DNA from: a bacterium
GTDB taxonomy: Bacteria > UBA8248
Direction of reading: 5' to 3'
DNA length: 64,000 nt
Assembly: GCA_965219955.1 (NCBI GenBank)
Contig: OZ244799.1
Span: forward strand, 2,272,001-2,336,000
Part shown: positions 8,974 through 18,610 of the stretch, in pieces
How the letters are laid out: each line of letters begins with the position of its first letter
How positions within the stretch are numbered: the stretch's first letter is position 1
Program-made: the position numbers and the translations under genes
Notes under the pieces: generated by a model
The model's database searches: none
What the model was told of the DNA's origin: nothing
Seen by the model: only the letters and a program-made list of their open reading frames with translations

Positions 8974-9456
8974 ATGAAAAAAACGACTCTCTTTCTGTGC
9001 GCGCTCGTCCTGATGACGCTCCCGTACGCGCCCGCGCCGGCCCGGGGGGCCGATCCTCCAAGACGCCTCAAGGCGCGCGTCACCAAGGTCTACGACGGGG
9101 CGAGCTTTCAACTCGGCGGCGGGCTGCGCTCTGCCCTGATCGGCGTGTCCGCGCCCGCTGCCGGCGCGCCGGGCGCGGAACAGGCGCATGCGTACCTGAA
9201 ACGCCTCATCGAGAACCGGACGGTGACTCTCGAAATCGACGAAAAACCCGTGGACGCTTCGGGACAGACGCTTTATTACGTCTTCCTCGAAGAAGGCGGC
9301 CTCGTGAACGCCCTCGTGGTGCTGCGGGGCCTGGGCCGCGCCCTCGTGAAACACCCCAACGTGCGCTACCGCAAGGAGCTGATAGAAGCCGAAAACCTCG
9401 CCAGGCGATACCGCCGCGGCGTGTGGGGCGACGAGCGCGACCCGATAGACAGGTAA
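8974..9456 (+). CDS. Secreted thermonuclease (SNase-like) family protein
   Basis: Signal peptide; VTKVYDG, LIGVSAP, VN-x4-RGLG, C-terminal RRGVW; catalytic positions look degenerate. Confidence 0.75.
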   Translation: MKKTTLFLCALVLMTLPYAPAPARGADPPRRLKARVTKVYDGASFQLGGGLRSALIGVSAPAAGAPGAEQAHAYLKRLIENRTVTLEIDEKPVDASGQTLYYVFLEEGGLVNALVVLRGLGRALVKHPNVRYRKELIEAENLARRYRRGVWGDERDPIDR

Positions 9457-9543
9457 TTTCATACTGGCAGACCCGGTAGTGATGTTGGAGCCCTCGCAGC
9501 CCGCTTCATGCGGGCGGAGGCGGTTGAGCAATCGAATCCGCAG

Positions 9544-10011
9544 GGGGTTGTTGAAAAAGTCCCTTATGCGTCTCCCAGCAACCGCCAACTCCTCATTCCT
9601 CACCCTGAGTAGCCGCCGAAGAGCCTGTCCTGAGCTTGTCGAAGGGCGGCGTATCGAAGGGCGAGGGAAGTCGAATGCCTCGCGCCGGGCGAGAACAAAC
9701 GCTCATTCATCAATCGCGTTTGACCTTCGATATGCGGCTCCGCCGCTACTCAGGATGAGGAAGATGGGGGCGGAGCCTGTCCCGAGCGAAGTCGAGGGGC
9801 CGCTACTCAGGATGAGGCGGTGTGGTTTTGGTTCGTCATTCCGGCGAAAGCCGGAATCCATTTGCGGATGCGGGTGAGTACACAGCGGTGTTTCATTCCC
9901 CCCGATGCGCGGGAACCCTGACGAAAGGCAAAAGGCGTAAAAATGGATTCCGGCTTCCGCCGGAATGACGGCGGTGGTCAATTCCGAGCGATGAGGATTT
10001 TCAGCAGCCCC
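9544..10011. mobile_element. MITE-like IR-bounded element with REP doublets
   Basis: GGGGTTGTTGAAAAAGTCC ... GGATTTTCAGCAGCCCC; GTCATTCCGGCGAAAGCCGGAATCCA at 9835-9860 with inverted copy at 9944-9969; CCTGAGTAGC-type pair at about 9600-9757. Confidence 0.6.
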
Positions 10012-10048
10012 GCATCAGTCGCGATTGGCCCCCATCATCCCCTGTGGA

Positions 10049-11050
10049 TTATCCCGGTTTGCGCGCCTTGTGGTAGTACATCGGCGTAAATATCCCCAGA
10101 CGCCCCGCCGCCACGAGGCTGTCGGCCGCAATGTTCAAAACTTCCTGTACCGCAAGCGACCCGGTGGGCACCGCGCGCACGCCTTCGAGGACGCGCAGCG
10201 CCGCCGTGGTGATTTTCCGGCCAAGCCGCGTTCTCGGCAGACCCCTCAGCGTCAGGCCGCCCCCCTCCAGCGACCGGTACCACGGCGTCCGCGGGTCGGC
10301 GTCCGGGGCGCGGTCGCGCGCCTCGATGTGTTCGAAACCAGCCGCCCGCAAGCCCTCGTTGACGTCTGAGAAGGAGGCGATTCCCGGCAGCGCATTGCCG
10401 AATTCGATACGCTGCATGACTTCTCGATGCGCCGGGTTTTCGCCGTCATACGCAGGAGTCACGCACCAGTCGTAGCCCGCGAAGACAGCCCCCGGCCGCA
10501 ATACCCGGAATATCTCGGCATAGGCGTCCGTCTTGTCCGGCGCATGAGCCAGGGCCTCGACATGGTAGGCCGCGTCGAAGCTCCCCTCTTCCGCCGGAAT
10601 GTTCATGAAATCGCCGTGCAAAACGCTGCACAGATTCTCCAGGCCGGCTTCTTTGTTGTACGCGGCGCACTTCTCGACCTGGTACGCGCTGATGTTGAGG
10701 CCGACGATCGACGCGCCGAACTTCCTGGCGAGCGAGCGTTGGGGGCCGCCTACGCCGCAGCCGACGTCCAGCACCTTCATGCCCGGCCCCAGGCCGATTC
10801 CCTCGCCCAGAAAATACTGATGCGCGGCGAGGGCTTCCTCGAAGGACGCGCCGCGCACCCCGGGCGCGAAGTGAAACGACTGGCCCCATCCGTACTCGTA
10901 AAAGTCGGTGATCAGATCGTAGAACGTATTGATCATGGCGGCGTATTCTTCCTTGCCGCGCTCCTGGCTGCTGCGGAACTTCGAGAGCGTTTCGGCCATC
11001 TCCTCCGGCGGAATCGCCCTGGAAATGGGATTATGAAAGTCAGCCGCCAT
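10049..11050 (-). CDS. Sterol C-24 methyltransferase (SMT/ERG6-like)
   Basis: FYDLITDFYEYGWGQSFHFAP, LDVGCGVGGP, EALAHAP, YDW, IEFGNALP, GIFTPMY. Confidence 0.9.
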   Translation of the reverse strand: MAADFHNPISRAIPPEEMAETLSKFRSSQERGKEEYAAMINTFYDLITDFYEYGWGQSFHFAPGVRGASFEEALAAHQYFLGEGIGLGPGMKVLDVGCGVGGPQRSLARKFGASIVGLNISAYQVEKCAAYNKEAGLENLCSVLHGDFMNIPAEEGSFDAAYHVEALAHAPDKTDAYAEIFRVLRPGAVFAGYDWCVTPAYDGENPAHREVMQRIEFGNALPGIASFSDVNEGLRAAGFEHIEARDRAPDADPRTPWYRSLEGGGLTLRGLPRTRLGRKITTAALRVLEGVRAVPTGSLAVQEVLNIAADSLVAAGRLGIFTPMYYHKARKPG

Positions 11051-12095
11051 TGCCGGTCTCCCTGTCCGGGTCATCCGCGGGGCCTTCAGGGTAGAACTGC
11101 CGGTACCACTCGCGCATCCTGCCCAGGGGGCCCTCGCCCGCAACCCCCGAAGGGCGTTGCCGGTAAATTTTATTTTTCCAGATATCCACGTCCTGCCGCC
11201 ATTGCGAGATCCAGTTCCCGACCACGTAGGAAATCAGAATCCGCGGAATTTTCCGGGCGGCGAACCACCGGAAGGATACCCGTTGCCTGAGCGCCTCGAG
11301 GGGGGTGTGCGTCTGGAACATCGTGATTTCGCCGATTTTCGGTATTTCGAATTCGAACTTCACGATACTGCCGGGACCGAGAAAGGTGATCAGCGCCCGC
11401 GCTCTCGTCTTCTCGTACACCCGGCCCCTTATCTCGAGCGCCGGGTCGTCCTGGAAATAGGCGACGTGCTCAAGCGTGTCATCGAGAAACCACGAAGGCT
11501 CGTGGATAATTCTTATCCAGGGCAATTGTATGTTGGTCCAGGGGATGCGCATTGTGCCGTGGAGCTCTGAAAAATGATGAAAGTCGACGCTGTTCTCGGC
11601 GAATTCGATGATGTGCATGTCCACTTCGCCCGCGTCGTAGCGGCCGCGGTAGACGAGCTCGCGCTCGTCGATCTTCGGCTCCTGCGGCAGCCGGTACGGC
11701 GCCTGAGCACCCTGGCGCGCCGAGTGGTAAATCATCACCATGCCGTAGTAGTCGATCGCCTCCCAATGCCGGTGGACGAGAGGCCGGTCTTTGGCGTGGG
11801 GCGGGTCGCATACTCTGCCGTCGCCGTCCAGCTGCCAGCCGTGAAACGGACATTGCAGCCGGTCCCCCTTTACCTCGCCGTGGGCCAGGTTGGCGCCCAG
11901 GTGCGGGCAGAATGCGTCCACGGCCGCAATCCGGCCGCTCGTCTTGCTGCGAAAAAGGGCGATCTGCTCCCCCACGCACTGAACGTGCTTCGCTTCTCCC
12001 GCCTTGATTTCCCCCGACGCCGCCACCCTGTACCAGCCGTCCGGATAAGGCGGCGGGTAGGTGCGTTCCCGGTAGCGCGTGAGAGCATCGGACAT
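11040..12095 (-). CDS. Rieske non-heme iron oxygenase, Neverland/DAF-36 (cholesterol 7-desaturase) or KshA-like
   Basis: PPPYPDGWY, CPHLGANL...CPFHGW, EN-x2-D-x2-H-x4-H iron motif, QDVDIWKNKIY, WYRQFY. Confidence 0.85.
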   Translation of the reverse strand: MSDALTRYRERTYPPPYPDGWYRVAASGEIKAGEAKHVQCVGEQIALFRSKTSGRIAAVDAFCPHLGANLAHGEVKGDRLQCPFHGWQLDGDGRVCDPPHAKDRPLVHRHWEAIDYYGMVMIYHSARQGAQAPYRLPQEPKIDERELVYRGRYDAGEVDMHIIEFAENSVDFHHFSELHGTMRIPWTNIQLPWIRIIHEPSWFLDDTLEHVAYFQDDPALEIRGRVYEKTRARALITFLGPGSIVKFEFEIPKIGEITMFQTHTPLEALRQRVSFRWFAARKIPRILISYVVGNWISQWRQDVDIWKNKIYRQRPSGVAGEGPLGRMREWYRQFYPEGPADDPDRETGNGG

Positions 12096-12288
12096 GAAAG
12101 GGCACCCATTTCGCCAAAAAATCGAAAAAAAATCGCCAATTCAACGGATTTCCGGCGCATATTATAGGCCAGCAGCGGTTTGCGCCAGAGAAAAATCGTC
12201 GGGGAAGATGTGGATCGGCTTCTGGCGCCAATGAAAACACCGCTATCCGACCAAATGCGTTTCCGGATCCCGCAATCCCTCCCTCGTC

Positions 12289-12675
12289 GGGGGTGTTGAG
12301 AAAGTCCCTCGAAGAGGAAGTGACGCCTGCGCCTCCGCCCGGTTTCGGGTTTTGGCCGTCATTCCGGCGAAAGCCGGAATCCATTTTCGCCTTTGCCTTT
12401 TCGCCTCTTCGCCCGGACGTTTTTACGCCTGGGCGGGGAGGATCGGAATCGAACACAAAAGCAAAAGGCGAATTCTCTGGATTCTGCATCCGGACGCCGC
12501 GCAACAACAAGGTCGTGGCCACCCCGCCCGGTAAAAAGTCAAAATGGATTCCGGCTTTCGCCGGAATGACGGCTTCGTGGTGAACCGCATCAGCAGTCTC
12601 CGTAACAACGCCCGAATCCGGGCGCACACGAAACGCATCGTCAATTCCAACCGAGAAGATTTTTCAACACCCCCC
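12289..12675. mobile_element. MITE-like IR-bounded element with a REP doublet
   Basis: GGGGGTGTTGAGAAAGTC ... GATTTTTCAACACCCCCC; REP at 12358-12383 with inverted copy at 12545-12570. Confidence 0.6.
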
Positions 12676-12960
12676 TTCGGTCGGGATTGACATCAGATTG
12701 ACATTCAAAACCCCTAAACCCCCACTCTCCGAATGGGCCACATCCGTCTCTCACCAGGCTGCTCCTTGCTCAATCGATCCCGAAGTGTCAGGGTGAGAGG
12801 CGATACGGCCCCATCGTTCAGCGCGGGGCGAGACCGGCAGGGAACGTCCGAAAAACACCGGTTTCTGCGAGGGCGTACACGGGCGCTGTCCCGCTATGCC
12901 TGGCCGCGCGGGCGAGCGGCGCGGGGATGCGGGACCGGAGGGGTATTCAGGGAGGCGGCC

Positions 12961-13755
12961 ATGGCGGGCTTCGAGGAGGTTTCGATCGACAAACTGTTCC
13001 GCATCGACGGCGACAGCGCGCTGGTCACCGGGGCGGGCGGCGGGCTGGGACGAATCGCCGCGCTCGCGCTTGCCGGCGCGGGGGCGCATGTCGCGGTCAC
13101 CGATATCGATGCGGCGGCGGCCGAGCGGGTGACGGCGGAGATCAGGGACGCCGGCGGGGTCGCCGAGTCCTGGCGGCTCGATGTCGCCGACCGCAAGCGC
13201 ATCGACGCCGTGATCGACCAGGCGGCCGAGCGGTTCGGCGGGCTTCACATCCTGATCAACAACGCCGGCATCATCCGGCCCGGGCCGGCCGAGTCGCTTC
13301 CCGACGAGGACTGGGACGAGGTGGTCGAGGTCAACATGACCGCCCCGTTCGTCTGCGCGCGCCGGGCGGCGAAGCACATGCTGGCCCGGGGGGAGGGGCG
13401 AATCGTCTCGATCGCCTCGATCATGGGGTTCCGGGCGAACGCGATGGTTCCCCACATCCCCTACCAGGCGACCAAGGGGGCGCTCGTCAACATGACCCGC
13501 TCGCTCGCCGTCGAATGGGCGGGCCGGGGGGTCCGGGTGAACGCCATCGCGCCGACCTTCTTCTACACCGAACTCGGCGCCGACCTGCGCCGGCGCCGGC
13601 CCGAGCTCGTGGACGAGATCGAGGCGCGCACGCCGCTCGGCCGGCTCGGCGAGCCCGGGGAAATCGCCGGCGGCATCCTCTACCTCGCGAGCCCCGCCTC
13701 CTCGATGGTGACCGGCCACACGCTCGCGATCGACGGCGGCTGGCTCTCGACCTAG
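12961..13755 (+). CDS. SDR family NAD(P)-dependent oxidoreductase
   Basis: TGAGGGLG, NNAGI, YQATK, VNAIAP, DGG; GGAGG SD before ATG 12961. Confidence 0.92.
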   Translation: MAGFEEVSIDKLFRIDGDSALVTGAGGGLGRIAALALAGAGAHVAVTDIDAAAAERVTAEIRDAGGVAESWRLDVADRKRIDAVIDQAAERFGGLHILINNAGIIRPGPAESLPDEDWDEVVEVNMTAPFVCARRAAKHMLARGEGRIVSIASIMGFRANAMVPHIPYQATKGALVNMTRSLAVEWAGRGVRVNAIAPTFFYTELGADLRRRRPELVDEIEARTPLGRLGEPGEIAGGILYLASPASSMVTGHTLAIDGGWLST

Positions 13756-13976
13756 CCTCCTGATTCAGGAGTTTTCATTCAACTCTCTCCCGGACGCCGA
13801 GTGTCATTCGGCGGAAGCGTTCGATGGCGGCCTCAAGCTCCGCGCTGAAGCGACGGTGGCCAGGGCCGAATCCCGGTGGATTCCGGGTATAGAGGGGTGA
13901 CGGGGGTGTAGGGTTTTGCAGCGGCGTCGAGCTTCCTGAGGAAGAGAAGCTCGAAAGTGTCCGCCCGCGCCGGGCA

Positions 13977-14159
13977 TTACGGCGATGGGGAATCGTCGGG
14001 TATGGCGGCGACGCGGCGCGAGGGACGGCGGACGTATTCGGAACCGGATGCGTCCTGCATGGTCCGAATGTCCCGGAAAATCTCCGCCACGTCGTAACCG
14101 AAGCGCGCCGCGCGCGCATCCCGCACAGCCCGCACCTCGGCGATTATGGAGTCATCCAT
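13977..14159 (-). CDS. Small hypothetical protein (MDDSIIAEVRAVRD...), resembles short partners found after PIN genes
   Basis: 60 aa ORF overlapping the stop of the upstream peptide; family resemblance from memory only. Confidence 0.45.
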   Translation of the reverse strand: MDDSIIAEVRAVRDARAARFGYDVAEIFRDIRTMQDASGSEYVRRPSRRVAAIPDDSPSP

Positions 14160-14286
14160 TCGCCCGCTTCTTGGGTGGAGGAGCCGGAGGCGGTTTGGGT
14201 TTGGCGAAATTCCTGGGCTTGGACGATACGCCGTCCCCAACCCGAACCAGGCGTTTCGAGGGCGGTGGTATCGGTTCTTTGGCCAT
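14152..14286 (-). CDS. 44 aa Pro/Lys-rich peptide (MAKEPIPPPSKR...KPKPPPAPPPKK)
   Basis: Hand-translated, below the ORF track cutoff; GGAGGAG SD upstream of ATG. Confidence 0.45.
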   Translation of the reverse strand: MAKEPIPPPSKRLVRVGDGVSSKPRNFAKPKPPPAPPPKKRANG

Positions 14287-14834
14287 CGTTTACTCCTCCG
14301 TTTCTTCATCGGGCGAAGCATTCACAAACTCCCCTATTTCGAGTGCGCCTACTATTTCACCGGATGCCCAGTTCATACGCTATATATCCTCATAACTCGA
14401 CCAATGCGGCCTGGTGATCCTCGCCTGACGACCGAAAATGTATGAACCCCAAGCCCACCAGGGCGCAATAGTCTGGAAACCATATGCTTCCATGCCGGTC
14501 AGCGAACATCGGATCGCAACATACCCGAAGAGAAGCAGGACTCCCGTTGATACGCAAAGGAGGAATCCCGGCGCGAGTCTCTCGATGCTTTGCATCGTCG
14601 GTTTTCTTTGTGGGGTCTGGAGTGGAGCCTCGTGGAGTAGGTAATCCTATCATTTTCCTGGCGCGGCTCCAATCCGCCGCGTCGCATCGGGAGAGATACA
14701 ACCCGCAGGGGCGTCGGACTTCCCGAGGAAGAGAAATTCAACCGTGGCCGCCCGCGCCTGTGCGACAAGGGACAACCACGGGGCCTATCTGCGAAACCGC
14801 TCCCTGCTCAGGGCGGTGATTTTCGCCTTTGTTC

Positions 14835-15030
14835 GTCATTCCGGCGAATGCCGGAATCCAGAACGGATGAGAAGGGAAAGGCGGCGGCGTGATGATCCCG
14901 TAGGGGCGGCTCGCGAGCCGCCCTGTAATCCGAAGCGCATTCTCATCCGCAGGGAATGGCCTCCGCGCCGTCCCGCCCCTCCCCCGGCGTCGTCTCAGAT
15001 GTAGGGGACGCATACATGCGTCCCTCTCGA
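14835..15030. repeat. Cluster of REP-like palindromes
   Basis: GTCATTCCGGCGAATGCCGGAATCCA (14835), GTAGGGGCGGCTCGCGAGCCGCCC (14900), GTAGGGGACGCATACATGCGTCCC (15001). Confidence 0.75.
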
Positions 15031-15214
15031 TCCCAAAACGCCCAAACAATCCCACTTCTTGATCGTGAATGTTCTTACCGGACACGACGAGACGGATTTG
15101 AGACGGGAGGAGGCGTTTCTGGGGGTGAGGGGGTTTGTGTGATTGGGGTATGGGGTTGGTATTCTCCATTTTTTGGCGTAATCTTTCCGGAAATCTCGTA
15201 CCGAGAGGACTCAT

Positions 15215-16711
15215 ATGTTCAGATGGTTTAAAGGTGGAGGCGGAAGGCCTGAGCCACCGCCGCCTGGTCAAGTTTTCCCGGAAATAGATGTGGATCGCAT
15301 CGCCGCCGTTCTCCGCCTCGAAAGGGAGGGGAACAAGCGGGGAGAGAAAAACCAGCCAGCATCCGACGAAGTGAATTTAGACCTGATCGAGCAGGAAATC
15401 GTCGATCACGTTGCTGAATTTCGTCACATGGGCATCAACAACTTCCAGGAACATTCCCAAGTGTATTCCGACCGCATCGCGCGGGCCGCCGGAATATCAA
15501 CGAACATTCAAACCGCCGTGGGCGACGCGGAAACCAATTTCATGGCGGAGATCAACACATGGAACGGCATCCTCGCGAACGAACGAAGCGATCGCCAACT
15601 CGTCGGCGAAGAGTTCGAAGACTTCCGCAATGAAAATCGGCTCAGGCGGACGGCGCACGAGGGTGGAGGACTTCTTCAATGGTTCGTCGTGTCGTTGCTC
15701 ATCCTTGTTGTAGAGTCGGTGCTGAACGGCGTATTTTTCGCCAATGCTCATACACTTGGTTTGCTTGGCGGCGTTTCCACCGCCATCGTAATTTCGATCT
15801 CCAATATCATCGTTGCGGCTATCGTGGCCTGGACAAGCCGAAATTTCAATCATCGCCGCTTTGGCCGGAAACTCATCGGCGCGCTCGCATTTCTGTGCGG
15901 CGTGGCCTTCGTGCCAGTCTTTAACCTTTTCGTGGCGCATTTCCGAAATGCCGCAGAAGCCGGAAAACCTTGGGGCGAAGCCGCAGGTCACGCGATTCAA
16001 AGAATCCAGTCGAATCCACTCGGGTTGGAGAGTATTGATGCGTGGATCCTCGGTATGGTCGGGATATTGGCGGCGATAGTCGCTGGCTGGAAGACTTACT
16101 ACTCGGGTGATCCCTATCCCGGCTACGGGCGTGTATGGAGAAAAATGCGCAATGCGCGGGATGCCTATGCCCAGAGGAACGAAGACGCGATCAGCACTGT
16201 AATAGAGAAGAGAGACGAAGCGGTGGACGCTCTTCAATTGGCGAGTGAGAACGCCAAGGCGCAGATTGCGGAAGCCGTAAGCGCGTCTAATGAAATGGCC
16301 TCGCTTCGCGGTCAACTCCGTTCATTTCTGGAGCAATGTAATCAAAAGGTGAACCTGTTGTTGACCATTTATCGGAATGCCAACCAAGAAAAACGAACAA
16401 CGCCGACTCCAGTACATTTTCCCGAGGACTTTTATTTCGAGCCGCACAAAACCGAGCAACCGCCAGCGAGTCAAAACCCGGCGGATGCTACGGCGATACA
16501 GCAACTCGACAAAGTCATCGCCGAGGCGATTGACCGCATCTATGTGGCTTGCAAGAAAGCTATTGAATCTTTCAAGTTGCCTGATGACATTGAATCCAGC
16601 ACGCTTGCGGTCAAGCCCGAGAGTATCCCATCCGGCGGAGGGACCGAGACGGACGACGGCGCGGCACCGCATCACATTGCGCCTTCGCCCGGCGGCAGGA
16701 CTTCGGTTTGA
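15215..16711 (+). CDS. Multi-pass membrane protein with flanking coiled-coil regions (operon gene 1)
   Basis: 498 aa; about 4 hydrophobic helices centrally; DPYPGYG motif; GAGG SD. Confidence 0.8.
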   Translation: MFRWFKGGGGRPEPPPPGQVFPEIDVDRIAAVLRLEREGNKRGEKNQPASDEVNLDLIEQEIVDHVAEFRHMGINNFQEHSQVYSDRIARAAGISTNIQTAVGDAETNFMAEINTWNGILANERSDRQLVGEEFEDFRNENRLRRTAHEGGGLLQWFVVSLLILVVESVLNGVFFANAHTLGLLGGVSTAIVISISNIIVAAIVAWTSRNFNHRRFGRKLIGALAFLCGVAFVPVFNLFVAHFRNAAEAGKPWGEAAGHAIQRIQSNPLGLESIDAWILGMVGILAAIVAGWKTYYSGDPYPGYGRVWRKMRNARDAYAQRNEDAISTVIEKRDEAVDALQLASENAKAQIAEAVSASNEMASLRGQLRSFLEQCNQKVNLLLTIYRNANQEKRTTPTPVHFPEDFYFEPHKTEQPPASQNPADATAIQQLDKVIAEAIDRIYVACKKAIESFKLPDDIESSTLAVKPESIPSGGGTETDDGAAPHHIAPSPGGRTSV

Positions 16712-17535
16712 TGGCCCGCCGTGGCGCTTCGCGCCGAAGGCGTACTCGCAGGAGGACTGGGGGCACAATCCGTTCATTGATAGGATATTTGTTCATCGGA
16801 TTATTGGTTGTCTTAGGTCTTGGCGTCTTGATAGCAGTCTCGTGGCTGAAACCGCCCGAATACAACGAAACGACGCTGTGTCCGAAAACGGGTCCAGGAG
16901 CGGGGCTCGTCATCCTGCTCGACCTGACGGATCGCATCGGTTCTACTCAGCATACACGGTTGCGTAGCATCCTCGAAAAAGAAGTTGCTGAGGCGCGCCG
17001 GAACACGCTTATCGCCGTAGGCGCCGTCAATCCTGATCCCGGCAAGTGGGGCGTAGACTTCGCGCTCTGCAAGCCACAGGAAGGGAGTGCGGCAAACAAA
17101 CTGTATGAGAACCCTCGTCTTGTCGCCGAAAAATATGAAAAGGATTTCCGGCAGCCGTTCGCAGTCAATCTCGAAAAAATGCTGAAAGCCGAGCTTGCCG
17201 ACCGTTCTCCGATCATGGAGTCACTCCAAGCTGTGCTCGCCGCAACGCCCGGTTTCTTGGATGCTGAATATCCCCGTCGCGTGATTATCGTCTCGGATCT
17301 TTTGCAGCATAGTGCGGTTTTTAGCTTCTATAGAAGGGACACGTGGCGGAAATTTCAGCGCTCGCGCGACTTCGCGCGCCTTGCGCGCACTCTTCGAGGG
17401 GTAGATGTGCAAATTTTGCGGTTGCCGCGCCCCAAAGCGAAGATAGATCCCGCAGAAGTGGGAGATTTCTGGGCGAACTATTTCGATCAGGCGGGCGCGC
17501 GCAGTGTTCGCAGCCGGATGCTCGGCGACTTGTGA
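16711..17535 (+). CDS. Membrane-anchored vWA-like protein (operon gene 2)
   Basis: Basic N-terminus plus one TM; LVILLDLTD, SPIMESL, VIIVSDLLQHS resemble MIDAS-bearing strands; TGATG coupling to gene 1. Confidence 0.65.
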   Translation: MARRGASRRRRTRRRTGGTIRSLIGYLFIGLLVVLGLGVLIAVSWLKPPEYNETTLCPKTGPGAGLVILLDLTDRIGSTQHTRLRSILEKEVAEARRNTLIAVGAVNPDPGKWGVDFALCKPQEGSAANKLYENPRLVAEKYEKDFRQPFAVNLEKMLKAELADRSPIMESLQAVLAATPGFLDAEYPRRVIIVSDLLQHSAVFSFYRRDTWRKFQRSRDFARLARTLRGVDVQILRLPRPKAKIDPAEVGDFWANYFDQAGARSVRSRMLGDL

Positions 17536-17542
17536 GTTCTTG

Positions 17543-18595
17543 ATGGCGGCCAAGACAAACCACATATACGACGTGACGCGTTCCGAAATGATGGACAAAT
17601 GGACACTTGCCTTCGCCTTCCTTCTGGGTACAGGCGGGACCTTTATTCTGAAGTATTACGAGACGGATCCTTTTCTGGTTGTGCTTTGGTCGGCGTTCAT
17701 TCTCCTAGCCTACGCGGCCGCCGCACGGTGGGTCGGACGGTATCGAATCGAAATGGAGACCATCGGAGACAATTGTTATTACCTTGGTTTCGTACTCACG
17801 CTCGTAAGCCTAGCGAGTACGCTTTATCTGCTTGTACGTGCCGAGGCGCAAACTGAAGTCATCCGCGATGTGATATCCGGTTTTGGGGTTGCGCTTACTT
17901 CAACCATCCTCGGGATCATCCTACGGGTTCTCCATATACGCATGAGTCCCGACATGGCTTCCTTAGACCGTCAAACCCGGGTAGAGCTTCACGCCGCAGT
18001 ACGGAACTTCAGGACGAATCTTTCGGCGAGCCTTCGTGAACTGAAACATTTCTCCGTAGAGACCGCACAAATGCTTTCCGAACAGCGTGATGCAATCCGT
18101 GGGGCGTCTAAGGAGGCCATAGAAGCACAGAAACAAATACTGACGGTAAGTGTTGAGGAGCAGATGAGAATCATGAGCAACACGATAGCCGCAGCGACCG
18201 ATGAAGCCACGCAAGCTATTTCGGGTGCAGTTTCCAACTCGGCAGCCGCTTCACAGGAGAAACTCCTCGCTCGCGTCTCCGAAATGCGCGAGGCCGTCTA
18301 TGACCTTGCCCACAAGGAGTCCGAAGCTCTCAAGACGCTCGTGGAGGATTCAACGGGAATCTCTAGTGAGAGCGGGAAAATACAAACTGCACTCATAGAA
18401 CTCGTAGATCGCCTTGAAGCAGTGTCGGCAAGCCTCGACGCGGCGGCCAAGCATGTTTCGCATGAACTTGAACCGGCTGCGATTAACATCGCAAATACGG
18501 TTGTCGATGCGGCTAATTCAACCCGCGAATTGGCAGTGGAATTGAAGAACGCACGAAGGGGAAACGGCTTCTGGGGCCGGTGGCGTTCCCGTTGA
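17543..18595 (+). CDS. MotA/TolQ/ExbB- or ZorA-like channel protein with long helical tail (operon gene 3)
   Basis: YYLGFVLTL...SGFGVALTSTILG helix pair followed by about 200 aa Ala/Glu-rich coiled coil. Confidence 0.65.
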   Translation: MAAKTNHIYDVTRSEMMDKWTLAFAFLLGTGGTFILKYYETDPFLVVLWSAFILLAYAAAARWVGRYRIEMETIGDNCYYLGFVLTLVSLASTLYLLVRAEAQTEVIRDVISGFGVALTSTILGIILRVLHIRMSPDMASLDRQTRVELHAAVRNFRTNLSASLRELKHFSVETAQMLSEQRDAIRGASKEAIEAQKQILTVSVEEQMRIMSNTIAAATDEATQAISGAVSNSAAASQEKLLARVSEMREAVYDLAHKESEALKTLVEDSTGISSESGKIQTALIELVDRLEAVSASLDAAAKHVSHELEPAAINIANTVVDAANSTRELAVELKNARRGNGFWGRWRSR

Positions 18596-18610
18596 CGAAG
18601 GAATCACGAT

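Noticed and set aside
9479-9981. ORFs inside REP/MITE regions (also 6667-7259, 12293-12650, 47769-48232, 63235-63468)
   Set aside because: They are translations of repeats (e.g. VIPAKAGI, SFRRKPES) and are unlikely to be genes.
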